A stretch of DNA of 64,000 bases. Origin: a virus. The DNA is taken from positions 1 through 64,000 of the IMG/VR virus record IMGVR_UViG_3300020455_000892. One strand, given 5' to 3'. The position numbers and the translations under genes are program-made. Below, piece after piece: positions 39,322 to 49,125 of this stretch (positions are counted from its first letter, which is position 1; each line of letters opens with the position of its first letter). Under the pieces are notes generated by a model. It was not told where the DNA came from. It ran no database searches and was given only the letters and a program-made list of their open reading frames with translations.

Positions 39322-39855
39322 TTAGTTGTTTGAGACCGCCATTTGTTTAAAAAGCTCTGTGGCAAAGTCGAAACATATTTTTGCTTCATCTGCCATACTA
39401 TCATCTAGTTTTGTACGAATTTTGTCTTTGAGTACATCTACTTCTTCATCAAATTGGTACATAGTTCCTGCACCAGGAGTGCGTTTAGCAATCATTTGTC
39501 CACCACTAAGGTCACCCATATGACGTACATATATGTGTGCCATAAGTTTGTTAGGGTCGTCTTTGATTGTTAACAAATGATTTGCATACTTTTCAACTAC
39601 AGGATATATTGTTGGTTTATAATCTGTAAGTTGTTGTTCTAATTCTAGTATATCGGCATGTATCTTCGGAGCAATAATTACATCAGTGAGGTTATGCAAT
39701 CTTGCAAAATTTTCTAATATATTATATTGAGGGTGTTGGTTGTGTAAAAAATCACAGTAACGCTCGGCACTAATACCGCCCATTAGTTCTTTCACAAAAT
39801 CTTGCCGTTCAGCATTTTTGTGATGTTCCCAAGTTAGTTCTTTAAGATTACTCAT
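39322..39855 (-). CDS. hemO: Heme oxygenase
   Basis: LKELTWEHHKNAE (proximal His), AHIYVRHMGDLSGGQMI, EAKICFDF. Confidence 0.92.
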   Translation of the reverse strand: MSNLKELTWEHHKNAERQDFVKELMGGISAERYCDFLHNQHPQYNILENFARLHNLTDVIIAPKIHADILELEQQLTDYKPTIYPVVEKYANHLLTIKDDPNKLMAHIYVRHMGDLSGGQMIAKRTPGAGTMYQFDEEVDVLKDKIRTKLDDSMADEAKICFDFATELFKQMAVSNN

Positions 39856-39860
39856 ACTTT

Positions 39861-39888
39861 AATGTAGCACACTTCTTAGATTTGTCAA
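39861..39888 (-). promoter_or_regulatory. sigma70-type promoter giving a leaderless hemO mRNA
   Basis: TTGACA-16 nt (ending TGC)-TACATT; ATG 5 nt downstream; no RBS. Confidence 0.65.
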
Positions 39889-42293
39889 TCTCTTTGAATA
39901 TTCCAAGTACCACTAACAGTTAACCCACTTCCGATGGTAAGATCTTTAGCTGTTGTTTCTTTAGTAGTATGACTGTATGTACCACCTTGATATATTACTC
40001 TAGCAGTTGCACCTTGAAGTTTATTATAATCACCATGTCCTGCATCTGTAGCACCAGTATCTTCTACACCATCATAAAAATCATTTGTAGTGTCTTGATT
40101 CTGTAGTGTTGCAAGCCAAGTTTTTATATCAGCTGTTGACCAACTACGATTGAATTCAACTACTGTTGCAATTAATCCTGCCGCTATAGGACATGCCGCA
40201 CTAGTGCCACTGAATCTTACATCTCTGCTAGTACTAGCTGATCCAGTTTGTCCATCACTCCAGGTTGTATTGCCACTTTTACTCACATATGAATTATCAT
40301 ATCTAGGAATGTCAGTACCATAAGTTCCTACAGTTGCGGCTAAACTTCCATCTCCTGGTGAAAACAAATCAATCATATTTCCCATATCACTGTAATTTAC
40401 TTTGCGTTCTTTTGTGCCAGTGGCAAATTGATCATCTAAACAACCAACATTAATTGCTGGGTTTGTTCTATTTCCTGGCTGTACAATAATACTACCTTGC
40501 ATTGCACCGTGGTATTCGCAATTATAATAAAACTGTTCACCACCTGTGCTTGATGCTGTACGCTGGTTAGGTGACCAGATTACTGTACCACTTTGTGCTC
40601 CGTTACCTGATGCTGTAGGGTAATCCACAGCATTTGCTGTGCCTGTACCAGCTGTATGATTGATATAAAAAGGATGCCCGTTAGCACTTACACTAAATTG
40701 AACAGTATCTCCTCTGTTAATAGTAACAGTAGGATTGCTTCCGCTTACACTTCCGTTTCTATCTGTACCACTTAATGTATAAGCACTTGATCCACTTGCG
40801 GTTACTGTAATATTAAATGTCTGAGGATCTCCCCAAGTCGCTCCTGCATGTTGTGGGAACCCTGGTCTATTAGTTGTGGGCATAACTTGATATCCAAATT
40901 GATAAATGCCTACACCATCTCCAAAGTGTCCTGTATTACTAGTATGCCAGTAGTTGTCATAGTCTGGATGATCCCATCGTGTTTGTTTTTGATTACTGTT
41001 TCCAGATGCACATACAAAAAGAACACCAGCGTCAACCATTTCTTTTGCACTTGTTACTATACTTGAATCTAAGAATTCACTTTTCATTCTACCGCCATCA
41101 CCTGTATCGCCTACATAACGCATAAACTGTGGTTTGTTGGAATCTTGAGTGTAAGATATTGCACTACCGGTTCTATGAAATGCATAAGCACTACTGTTAG
41201 GGGTTGCTCTATATCCCCAACTGTTTGAACTTATTGTTGGATCTTGTGTTCCGTAGTTTGGATTAACAGGTTTAGCTTGATGAAATATTTTTTGTACGTC
41301 CCATACTCTGGTGAGTCCTAATCCATATCCACTATATCCATCAATTACCCATTTGTTGGCATTGTATGCCCATCCGTGTGTTCTTCCATATATTTGACTA
41401 CCACACTGTGTACCATGTGTACCGTCATATGTATTTGTGTTAAAATCACCGTTTGCTCTTAGTCTTGTATAACCTGATGGTACTGCTACTGTACCATAAC
41501 TAGAAAAAGCGGCACTTCTATTACTTGTGCTTCCCCACCAACTTCTAGCTTCTGATTCAGTAGGCACTGTAGTTCCATCCCATCTAGTTTCTAGTCTACT
41601 GCCAGGAGCGGCATCAAACCATGCAGGGTCTATATAATAAGGACCGTCCAAAACTAAATCTAAACAATCGCATATACCATCACCTGGTAATACATTTCCA
41701 CCAATGTAATCTTGTGGTGATTCACTAGCTGGTCGGTTGTTAATAAATTCTATATGTCCAATCCAAGTACCATTGTCCATGCACACAACATCTACATCTT
41801 TACCTGTGCCATACTTTTTAATATTAGCATTTACTGTAAGTGCATCACTTGACCAAATATCTCTTTTTGCTTTTGGACCATTTTCTCTTGTTGTTCTTAA
41901 TAACTGATATCCACATCTTTTTAAGTCAGTGATGTCCGGAACAGAAGGATAATCACTAGCACTTGCATATCGATTCCTATGCTTGACTGGTGCGTTATAT
42001 CTATAAGTTTCTGTAATCATACAGTGTAATTCATCAGCAGGTGGTTGAGGATAGTCATCAGGGTTTCTGTCTGGATCTTTATGTAAAAAAGCAATCTGCG
42101 GATCTTTTTCTAGTTCTGCCGCTTCCTCTTCGCTTAACCAAAACACACCTCTTGTAGGACTATGTAATATATCATCAGTTTGCTCTACTTCTCTAGCAAT
42201 ATATGTTGGATCATCAGGATCACGTAAACTAGAGTCTAGTGCGTCATATTGTTCTTTGGTATGTGTACCTAAATGATAATGAAAACTTGCCAT
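39885..42293 (-). CDS. Subtilisin-like (S8) serine protease with inserted cupredoxin-like domain
   Basis: VVCMDNG (Asp), GTHGTQCG (His), ASGNSN (oxyanion Asn), FSGTSAACP (Ser); insert HPFYI...YYNCEYHGAM. Confidence 0.82.
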   Translation of the reverse strand: MASFHYHLGTHTKEQYDALDSSLRDPDDPTYIAREVEQTDDILHSPTRGVFWLSEEEAAELEKDPQIAFLHKDPDRNPDDYPQPPADELHCMITETYRYNAPVKHRNRYASASDYPSVPDITDLKRCGYQLLRTTRENGPKAKRDIWSSDALTVNANIKKYGTGKDVDVVCMDNGTWIGHIEFINNRPASESPQDYIGGNVLPGDGICDCLDLVLDGPYYIDPAWFDAAPGSRLETRWDGTTVPTESEARSWWGSTSNRSAAFSSYGTVAVPSGYTRLRANGDFNTNTYDGTHGTQCGSQIYGRTHGWAYNANKWVIDGYSGYGLGLTRVWDVQKIFHQAKPVNPNYGTQDPTISSNSWGYRATPNSSAYAFHRTGSAISYTQDSNKPQFMRYVGDTGDGGRMKSEFLDSSIVTSAKEMVDAGVLFVCASGNSNQKQTRWDHPDYDNYWHTSNTGHFGDGVGIYQFGYQVMPTTNRPGFPQHAGATWGDPQTFNITVTASGSSAYTLSGTDRNGSVSGSNPTVTINRGDTVQFSVSANGHPFYINHTAGTGTANAVDYPTASGNGAQSGTVIWSPNQRTASSTGGEQFYYNCEYHGAMQGSIIVQPGNRTNPAINVGCLDDQFATGTKERKVNYSDMGNMIDLFSPGDGSLAATVGTYGTDIPRYDNSYVSKSGNTTWSDGQTGSASTSRDVRFSGTSAACPIAAGLIATVVEFNRSWSTADIKTWLATLQNQDTTNDFYDGVEDTGATDAGHGDYNKLQGATARVIYQGGTYSHTTKETTAKDLTIGSGLTVSGTWNIQRD

Positions 42294-42303
42294 TTATATC
42301 TCC

Positions 42304-42543
42304 TTATGGGGCAAAAGGTCGCCCGTTTTTTAATCCACCTGTGTTTGGGTTATCTATCATGCTAGAATGAGTGTTGTCATTTGGTCTATATCTAGTTGGT
42401 AATTCTGTTGCATCTGCTGTGGTTACTGCATAGCGTCCTGGTGTTACAGTATTTGCATTTGTTCTATCCGTGCTAGCTAGTGCTAGTTTTTGATCTTGCC
42501 TATCTCTTTTATAGGTTAGTGTGGATATTCCGTTCTGTGCCAT
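42304..42543 (-). CDS. Small hypothetical virion protein
   Basis: 79 aa; AGGA RBS; MAQNGISTL..K..RQ..KL.LA...LPT.Y...GGL..GRP. Confidence 0.55.
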   Translation of the reverse strand: MAQNGISTLTYKRDRQDQKLALASTDRTNANTVTPGRYAVTTADATELPTRYRPNDNTHSSMIDNPNTGGLKNGRPFAP

Positions 42544-42552
42544 TGTTATTCC

Positions 42553-43230
42553 TTAATGTAAATCTACCCAACTACCATTTGCGTAGCCTTGAAATTTGTT
42601 TGTTGTACTATTATAAATCATATCGCCGTCTGCACTAGTAAGTGCATCTCTTTGGGTTGTAGTAAAACTATGTAACTTTAGAGGAGTATCTGCAACGATA
42701 GTTCTTGTTGTTGCTTGTAAGGTAAGTGTTGTAGCACTAGTTAAAACTGGTGCACCTGCTTGACTACTAGTAAGTGTGCCTGTTACAGTTACATTATCGT
42801 CTAGTGTAATTGTTGTTCCACTACTGCTCATTGTACTTCCGCTTACAGATAAATCTCCTAATGCGCCACCACCTGATGTTGCATCATCTGCTATTTCCCA
42901 ATTACCTGAAGTACTATTATATTTTAAAATTTTGTCATTTGCTACTCCAGTTGTATCTACATCTGTTAGTCCGCCTATTGTACTTGACCCGCCTGCGATT
43001 GTAACAGTTTTAGTAGCACCAGTACCACTAGCTGTAACACCTGCACCAACAAAGTTAATTGTTGTAGCCGCAGTAGCTAATGCACTACCTTCATCTTGAA
43101 TATTCAGTGGATTTCCGCCACCGCCTCCACCGCCTGGTAAATTTGTTAAAGCACTTCCATCACCAACAAATGCTGTTGCTGTTGCTGTACCTGTAACATT
43201 TATATTTTGTTCAAAGTTTGTTGCCATCAT
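42553..43230 (-). CDS. Virion structural protein (possible head decoration)
   Basis: Immediately downstream of the major capsid gene; shares modules with 22437-24395 and 35643-39293. Confidence 0.55.
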   Translation of the reverse strand: MMATNFEQNINVTGTATATAFVGDGSALTNLPGGGGGGGNPLNIQDEGSALATAATTINFVGAGVTASGTGATKTVTIAGGSSTIGGLTDVDTTGVANDKILKYNSTSGNWEIADDATSGGGALGDLSVSGSTMSSSGTTITLDDNVTVTGTLTSSQAGAPVLTSATTLTLQATTRTIVADTPLKLHSFTTTQRDALTSADGDMIYNSTTNKFQGYANGSWVDLH

Positions 43231-43262
43231 ACACTCCTATTAAACATATTTATTAGAAATCC

Positions 43263-43294
43263 ACAAACAAAAACAGGGCCCGTAGGCCCTGTTT
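43263..43294 (-). terminator. Rho-independent terminator after the major capsid gene
   Basis: AAACAGGGCC-TACG-GGCCCTGTTT hairpin (cUACGg loop) followed by TTGTTTG. Confidence 0.88.
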
Positions 43295-43314
43295 CGTTTC
43301 TTTGAAAATACCTA

Positions 43315-44475
43315 TTAGGTAAATGCAAGTTGACCAGTTGTAACTGCGATTTTGCTGAGGTAATCAGCCGCGTTACCAAGTGAGCTAGCCTGGTTTGAAA
43401 GCTCTACATAACCATATCTGGTCATAAAGCTAACTACTGGCTCAAATGTTTGTGGGTCAAGTACTGTACCGCTTGACATCAACGGAATGTATGGGCAATA
43501 GAACGCCGCGGCGTCTGTCTCTGTTGCACCTTTGTAACCAACTAGTACGTCATCATCTGCCGCATACTGGTTTACATAAATTCTCATTGTGCCGTTCAAA
43601 GTACCTACAAATTTAGTATTTGTTGGTGCTTCAAAAGCGCCTTCAGTTGATCTTGCGAACGCTGAAGTTGTAGCACTTTGTAGTACTGTTAGTACTGTTG
43701 GGCTTACAACTGCCCAGTTACCAGCGCCACGTCTTGTTCTTGCGGCGATAGTGTTTGCGTTCTTGTTGATAAGAACTGCAAGAGCGGCATGCTCGTCACC
43801 TACGAATGTTGCAGTACCTGATACGCTACCTTGAGCATATGTATCAGCCGCCGCACCAGCAAGTGATGTTAAGCTAGCAATGATCTCTTGATCGATTTCA
43901 GCAGTAATCTCTTGGGCTAGTGCCTGCATGATTTCTGCTTCTACGTCCAAGCCATGCATTGATTGTGCATCTTGAGCCGCTTCAAAAGTCCAGCGAGCTG
44001 ATAGCTTTCTGGTTTTTGCTTCGACTGTTTGCTTCAATACTTGGATTGAAAGCTTCTTACCACCAAGACCCTCTAGGGCTGAAGTAGCATCTGCTTTGTT
44101 AGTACCTGCATTACCTGAATATCCAGTTGCGATTTGGAATGGGCTCAATGCCTCATCACCAGCTACAGCTGAATCAAAAGTTTCTGCATAACGCACTCTA
44201 AGAGTGTGAATTTGTCCAACAGGGCCTGTCATAGGCTGTACACCAACGATCTCGTTGGCGATAACTGTTGGCATGACACGTCTAATCACTGGAAGAATAA
44301 CCTTGTTAAGTGTCGCAATGTTGCCTGCTTGAGTAGCACCACCGGAAGCCGCCTCTGAGAGGTACTTCTTAGTGTTTTCAAGCGTAGTTTCCATTACTTG
44401 CTTTTTGGTTCCAGTTAGACCGTCAGTTAGAGCTATTTTAGTTTCGCTCCAATTTTCCATTAAATTGTCTGCCAT
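43315..44475 (-). CDS. gp23: Major capsid protein (T4 gp23-like)
   Basis: VIRRVMP..IA.EIVGVQPMTGPVGQI, VEAKTRKL.ARWT.EAAQD..S.HG.D.E.E, FYCPYIPL, FMTRYG. Confidence 0.95.
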   Translation of the reverse strand: MADNLMENWSETKIALTDGLTGTKKQVMETTLENTKKYLSEAASGGATQAGNIATLNKVILPVIRRVMPTVIANEIVGVQPMTGPVGQIHTLRVRYAETFDSAVAGDEALSPFQIATGYSGNAGTNKADATSALEGLGGKKLSIQVLKQTVEAKTRKLSARWTFEAAQDAQSMHGLDVEAEIMQALAQEITAEIDQEIIASLTSLAGAAADTYAQGSVSGTATFVGDEHAALAVLINKNANTIAARTRRGAGNWAVVSPTVLTVLQSATTSAFARSTEGAFEAPTNTKFVGTLNGTMRIYVNQYAADDDVLVGYKGATETDAAAFYCPYIPLMSSGTVLDPQTFEPVVSFMTRYGYVELSNQASSLGNAADYLSKIAVTTGQLAFT

Positions 44476-44486
44476 TTTCGGTCTCC

Positions 44487-45584
44487 TTAACTTATACCGG
44501 CTAATTTTTGAAGGTAAACAATATCAGCTGTCTTGCCGTCAGCTGATGCTGATGCTTCTGCTTTGTTTCCAGTGATTTCTGTAGTAGATTCACTTAATAC
44601 CTTCTTTTCTGGTTGTTTAGCGTCTTCCTTCAAAACTGAAGGGAGATACTTGTTGAATGCATTTTGTAACTTGTCTGTTTTAACACTTTCAAGTAACGCA
44701 CCCATAATTTCTTTGTGATCTTTGCTGAGGGGTTGCATCATTTCTTGCATAATTGCTTTTCTTTCTGCTGTGTCTTTAGCAATCCGTACAGTTTTTGCAC
44801 TTTCTGCTATCATCACTTCCTTATCAGCAATGGCTTTATCTTTGTTTTTAATCTCGCCTTGCAGATCTTCTACTACCTTATTCAACTTAGCAACTTCCGT
44901 TCCTTCGTTGAGGTAGCTTGACATAAATTCAGCGGCAAATGTTTCAAATATCTTACGTCCAAAGGTATTTTCTTTGGCTGATTTGATATCTTCACGCAAT
45001 GTATTAAGTTCTGACTTAATGGTGTTTTCCATTATGCCTTCAACTTTCTTTGCGGCTGTGTTTACAAAGTTCTGTTTAGTTTGATTAATAACCTCTTTGC
45101 CTTCTTTGATCATTTTGACTTTTGCTTCAACTAGTGAGCGTTTGTCTTCATGAAACTCATTGAGCTCTTTAGTTAACTGCTCTAGTACAAATCCTTCCAA
45201 CTTGGACATATTTGCATCTTGAGCAGAACGGTCATTACGAAGTTCGTCAATTTCCTTCGCAAGTGTCTCCATCACAAACTTATCAAGAACTTTTGCATGT
45301 TCTTTCATGTGCTTGCGATATGCAACACGGTCTTCGCTGACTTTTGCTTTATCTTCTTTGAACTCTTCGAGTTCTTTTCCGATAACATCGCCAATCATTT
45401 TATCCATAGCTTCTACCATTTGCTCTTTGTCATTTTCATAACGCTGTGCAAACTCTTCTCTAAGTTCTGCTGTGATTGTCTCACGAGCTTCCGTTAGTTG
45501 GGTATCCCAAGCTTCAGATATCGAAGATCTAACCTCTTCGGAGAGCGTATTTGAGTTTAATAGTTCATCCATTGCATGAGCCAT
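44487..45584 (-). CDS. gp22: Prohead core/scaffolding protein (T4 gp22-like)
   Basis: Coiled-coil, acidic; FGRKIFETFAAEF; lies between the protease and capsid genes. Confidence 0.8.
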   Translation of the reverse strand: MAHAMDELLNSNTLSEEVRSSISEAWDTQLTEARETITAELREEFAQRYENDKEQMVEAMDKMIGDVIGKELEEFKEDKAKVSEDRVAYRKHMKEHAKVLDKFVMETLAKEIDELRNDRSAQDANMSKLEGFVLEQLTKELNEFHEDKRSLVEAKVKMIKEGKEVINQTKQNFVNTAAKKVEGIMENTIKSELNTLREDIKSAKENTFGRKIFETFAAEFMSSYLNEGTEVAKLNKVVEDLQGEIKNKDKAIADKEVMIAESAKTVRIAKDTAERKAIMQEMMQPLSKDHKEIMGALLESVKTDKLQNAFNKYLPSVLKEDAKQPEKKVLSESTTEITGNKAEASASADGKTADIVYLQKLAGIS

Positions 45585-45585
45585 A

Positions 45586-46224
45586 TTAATCTCTCCTGTA
45601 TCTTAGGTTTTTAATAAAGTTAGTCACCTCTTCCTGGAGATAACGTTGTGCGCCACGGTCGTGTCTAGTTGCATCAGCGACATCCATCAACACATTACCC
45701 CGTCTATGATTCATTATTCTTTCATAGATTGGATCAGGGTAGGCATCTGGAGCACTTGGATTTGCAACGATATCGACAGTAATGATTTCAAAATCCTTTA
45801 CTATGCCGCTTTCGTTAACATTGCCACTGCCTCGGCTTGACACGCCTAATTTTACACCACTCTCCAATAAGGTTTTACAAATATTTCCCATTGGAGTTGG
45901 TAAGATTTTTAGCTTGCCGATCCCATTTGCGCCATCAGTATCCATTTCAGTGATCATGTGACTTACACGATCTAAATTGATATTCAGGTCATCTGGGTGA
46001 TCAGCTTCGCCTAATACACTATATCCACCTTTGATTTTTTCATTGATTGCTTTAACTGCACTATGAATTTCTTCTTTGGTGTATATCCTGTTGTTCTGGT
46101 TTCGAACATCGCCTTCAATAAAAATACCTTTCATATACAAGTTCTTACCGTTACCTTCTTCTAATGTTTCAGTAACAATATTCGCTTGATTATATGTTAA
46201 GTGTTCTTTTAGCGAGGTCATCAT
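45586..46224 (-). CDS. gp21: Prohead protease (T4 gp21-like)
   Basis: GIFIEGDVRNQNNRIY, GEADHP, LPTPMG, GVSSRGSG, DIVANPSAPDA. Confidence 0.93.
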   Translation of the reverse strand: MMTSLKEHLTYNQANIVTETLEEGNGKNLYMKGIFIEGDVRNQNNRIYTKEEIHSAVKAINEKIKGGYSVLGEADHPDDLNINLDRVSHMITEMDTDGANGIGKLKILPTPMGNICKTLLESGVKLGVSSRGSGNVNESGIVKDFEIITVDIVANPSAPDAYPDPIYERIMNHRRGNVLMDVADATRHDRGAQRYLQEEVTNFIKNLRYRRD

Positions 46225-46225
46225 A

Positions 46226-47050
46226 TTACTTTACGCCTTTAATTGGACTATCGGACTTGGTGTCTTCGTCTTTTGCTTTAGGCGCCGCACTTGGTGAACC
46301 AGCTTCTTGTGGACCATCAACACCCATATCCTTAGCCGCTGGAGCAGGTCTACCCTTCTCTTCACCGCCTGGGGCTGAGTGTGCTTTAGCATCGTTAGGT
46401 GCTTTAGCTTGTGATGCTACAGGTGAGCCTTTGTCAGATGTGTCACTGTGTGATACACTAACTGCACTCATTGAAGCGCCTTCTTCAACGGCTTCCACTT
46501 CTTCAGTTGCTACTGATTCCATTTCGTCGTCCATTTCTGGCTCTTCATCACCTGGCTCTTCACCTTGCATTTCTGCAAAAGCGGCTCTAAGTTCGGCAAT
46601 AGCATCTTCTACGTTGTCCATAGCTTCTTCAGCGTCTGGGGCTTCTTCGTCGCCCATTTCTTCTGCGTCTGCTTCTGGTTCCATGTCCATAGCTAAATCC
46701 ATTTCAGCTTCTGGCTCTTCCATGTCGTCGTCGTCCATGATTTCTTCTTGGTCAATCTCTTCTTCAGCTGTTTCAATGTCGTCTAAGAAATCTTCTTCAG
46801 CATCGGAAGCGTCAATCGCTTCTTCTACTTCATCCTCAGAATCATCGTCAGCTTCGTCAAGATCGATAGTTTCGTCTAGGTCTTCATCGGCAATCTCGTC
46901 TTCTACAATTTCATCATTCTCTTGTAGTGATGCCCAATGATTTTTAGCTTTTTCTACAAACACGTTGTGAAGTAGATCAGCCGCTTTATCTTGCTCATCA
47001 TTAACGATATATTCGAGGACCTTTACTAAAGATTCCTTGTGTTCGCTCAT
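46226..47050 (-). CDS. Highly acidic prohead core protein (gp67/68-like position)
   Basis: D/E-rich low-complexity 274 aa in the head module. Confidence 0.6.
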   Translation of the reverse strand: MSEHKESLVKVLEYIVNDEQDKAADLLHNVFVEKAKNHWASLQENDEIVEDEIADEDLDETIDLDEADDDSEDEVEEAIDASDAEEDFLDDIETAEEEIDQEEIMDDDDMEEPEAEMDLAMDMEPEADAEEMGDEEAPDAEEAMDNVEDAIAELRAAFAEMQGEEPGDEEPEMDDEMESVATEEVEAVEEGASMSAVSVSHSDTSDKGSPVASQAKAPNDAKAHSAPGGEEKGRPAPAAKDMGVDGPQEAGSPSAAPKAKDEDTKSDSPIKGVK

Positions 47051-47194
47051 ATCATTCTCCTTAAAAAATTACAGGCTTACCAAGATGGTTTACATCTATA
47101 TTTACACAACCAAGACGTTTTGCTTGGAAAACACCCTAAAAAATGGGTATTTTATGATTATCTCTCTGAGATAAGTAAATTTTACGTTAAAAAA

Positions 47195-47398
47195 TTACTG
47201 TGCAGGGGGTTTTGCATAGATCTTTTTAATCTTTTCAATACGAGTAGCATGTTCAATATTATGCACTTCTCTTTGCTTTCTAAGACGATTAATATGCTTT
47301 AAAGTTAGTCTCTGCTTACGAACATCGTCTATCTTTCTGTTACTATAATTGTCTTTTTCTGCATCATAATACTCGTTTAAAATATCTGTACTACGCAT
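47195..47398 (-). CDS. Small basic head-module protein
   Basis: Start MRSTDILNE behind AGGAG; RKQRLTLKHINRLRK. Confidence 0.6.
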   Translation of the reverse strand: MRSTDILNEYYDAEKDNYSNRKIDDVRKQRLTLKHINRLRKQREVHNIEHATRIEKIKKIYAKPPAQ

Positions 47399-49070
47399 TC
47401 TCATCTCCTGCTGGTGCCGCTTCTGCTCCACTAATTGGGCTTGCACCTTCCTCTGTACCTTCTGCTCCGTCTACATCTGGGATATCCATATCTGCACCGC
47501 CATCTGGTACATCAAATCCTCTTACACCAACATTGCCTAATCCTGGTAATGCATCTCCTTCAGGAGCAACGCCACTTGAGTTCTCTTCTTCCCACATACG
47601 TTCATTTTTAATGATTTCTTCTTCAGATAGACCCAAGTATTTTTCCATTAAGAAACGTCTACTCATGTAAGGTACACCTTCTAATCCACTGAATACATTG
47701 GCTCTAGCCGCATGTACTTCAATTTCTTTATATTGACTAAAGCTCTGTGGTTCAACAAATTGTAAATCAAACAATCCAGCATCAATATTAATACCTTTGT
47801 TTTTCATAAACAATTTAAATTCTTTATCCATTACAGGTGCAACTGCATTTTGTAATCTCATACAGTATTGATTAAATCTGTATTCTTGTATAAATGCTGT
47901 ACCAACTCTTCCATCTACATAGCTTGCTGTTCCATCATCTGGTCCTGTTGGCAAGTAACTGCTAGGCACACGCAATGCTCTAAGCATTTTGTTTGTAAAG
48001 TATCTCAGATCATCAATCTGACCTAAGTTCTCACCACCCGGAAGAACTTCAACTTTACTACCTCTGCCTTCACTAGTCTGTGCAAAAAAGTAGTCTTCCA
48101 TAATTGATAGCGGATTATAAGCCGCATCCATAATAGTAGTACCGCCACCTGTTTTGTTTGGAATACGTTTTTGATGTATTTCATTTTTAACACGTTCAAC
48201 AAAACCCATTGCTTTGTTAGGTGGCATGTTACCTACGTCTACATAAAACACACGTCTTTCAGGTGCTCTTTGTACTCTGTAGATAATAATACTATCTTCT
48301 AATAATTCTTTTTGTTTGTATGTTTTAAAGATTGGATCAAGTATACTGCTTCCAAAAGGCCAATTCATGTCCATGCCTTCGGTCATACCCATATGAACTA
48401 TGTGTTGTGCATCTACTGTGTACTCTTGTATGTTACCCATGTTTCCGCCATAATCTCCTGGCGCACCACCATAGTTACTTCGATCCATAGTTTGACCACG
48501 CATCATACTGTTAACTGTACCGTATGTTTGTGCATGTTGCACAGGTTTACTTACAGTTTTTTCCTGCATGTTCATATCTATATTTTTTACAATATACTGC
48601 TCAGGCTTTTTGCCTTTTGCTTCATTGACAACTGCTTTGGTTACATCAACTGGATTGACATAATACAGTTCCCAAGTTTCAGGATCTCTGATAAAAAATT
48701 GATCTCCATATTTAATAGTGTTTCTAAACATACGGAAAATACGTTTATCCCAATCTTGCAACGCACACCATTGACTTAGTGTTTGCTCAAGTATTTTTGT
48801 TTCACTTTCTGTTGCTTGTTCTTTGAATTCTATTTTAAACGGAAGACCATTTGTCTCATCGACTTGTGTACTAAACTCACTAATAATGTCAAGAGCCGCG
48901 TTGATTTCGCTGTCCATATCCATTTGATCGTATTGTGTATATCTTTCAACACGATTAGGTTGTCCACTATAGACTTCAGGTAGCCAGCTTTGAAAACGGC
49001 TAGCACTACTAGGCTTCATGCTATCTGAGCCTTGTGCTCCGTATGCGGTAAAATGTTTTTTCCAACTCAT
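47391..49070 (-). CDS. gp20: Portal protein (T4 gp20-like)
   Basis: LLEDSIIIYRVQRAPERRVFYVDVGNMP, EDYFF...GRGSKVEVLPGG.NLG, LRVPSSYL. Confidence 0.93.
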   Translation of the reverse strand: MSWKKHFTAYGAQGSDSMKPSSASRFQSWLPEVYSGQPNRVERYTQYDQMDMDSEINAALDIISEFSTQVDETNGLPFKIEFKEQATESETKILEQTLSQWCALQDWDKRIFRMFRNTIKYGDQFFIRDPETWELYYVNPVDVTKAVVNEAKGKKPEQYIVKNIDMNMQEKTVSKPVQHAQTYGTVNSMMRGQTMDRSNYGGAPGDYGGNMGNIQEYTVDAQHIVHMGMTEGMDMNWPFGSSILDPIFKTYKQKELLEDSIIIYRVQRAPERRVFYVDVGNMPPNKAMGFVERVKNEIHQKRIPNKTGGGTTIMDAAYNPLSIMEDYFFAQTSEGRGSKVEVLPGGENLGQIDDLRYFTNKMLRALRVPSSYLPTGPDDGTASYVDGRVGTAFIQEYRFNQYCMRLQNAVAPVMDKEFKLFMKNKGINIDAGLFDLQFVEPQSFSQYKEIEVHAARANVFSGLEGVPYMSRRFLMEKYLGLSEEEIIKNERMWEEENSSGVAPEGDALPGLGNVGVRGFDVPDGGADMDIPDVDGAEGTEEGASPISGAEAAPAGDENA

Positions 49071-49091
49071 TGAGTACTCGATTCCTGTTTT

Positions 49092-49119
49092 ATTATAATG
49101 TATTTATAGGATTTGTCAA
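49092..49119 (-). promoter_or_regulatory. Nested sigma70 and late promoter upstream of the portal gene
   Basis: TTGACA-16 nt-TATAAT, with TATAAATA (49101-49108) inside the spacer. Confidence 0.65.
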
Positions 49120-49125
49120 CCATTA

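Noticed and set aside
12538-43230. CRISPR array or diversity-generating retroelement as the source of repeats
   Set aside because: Repeats are in-frame protein modules with synonymous divergence; I saw no spacer structure, reverse transcriptase or adenine-specific TR/VR pair.
9681-45840. Many 60-180 aa antisense or alternate-frame ORFs inside the long minus-strand genes
   Set aside because: Fully nested in well-supported genes, with no motifs; expected from codon bias.
46194-46940. 248 aa Ser-rich ORF on the + strand
   Set aside because: Antisense shadow of the acidic head protein; GAA/GAT codons read as Ser on the opposite strand.
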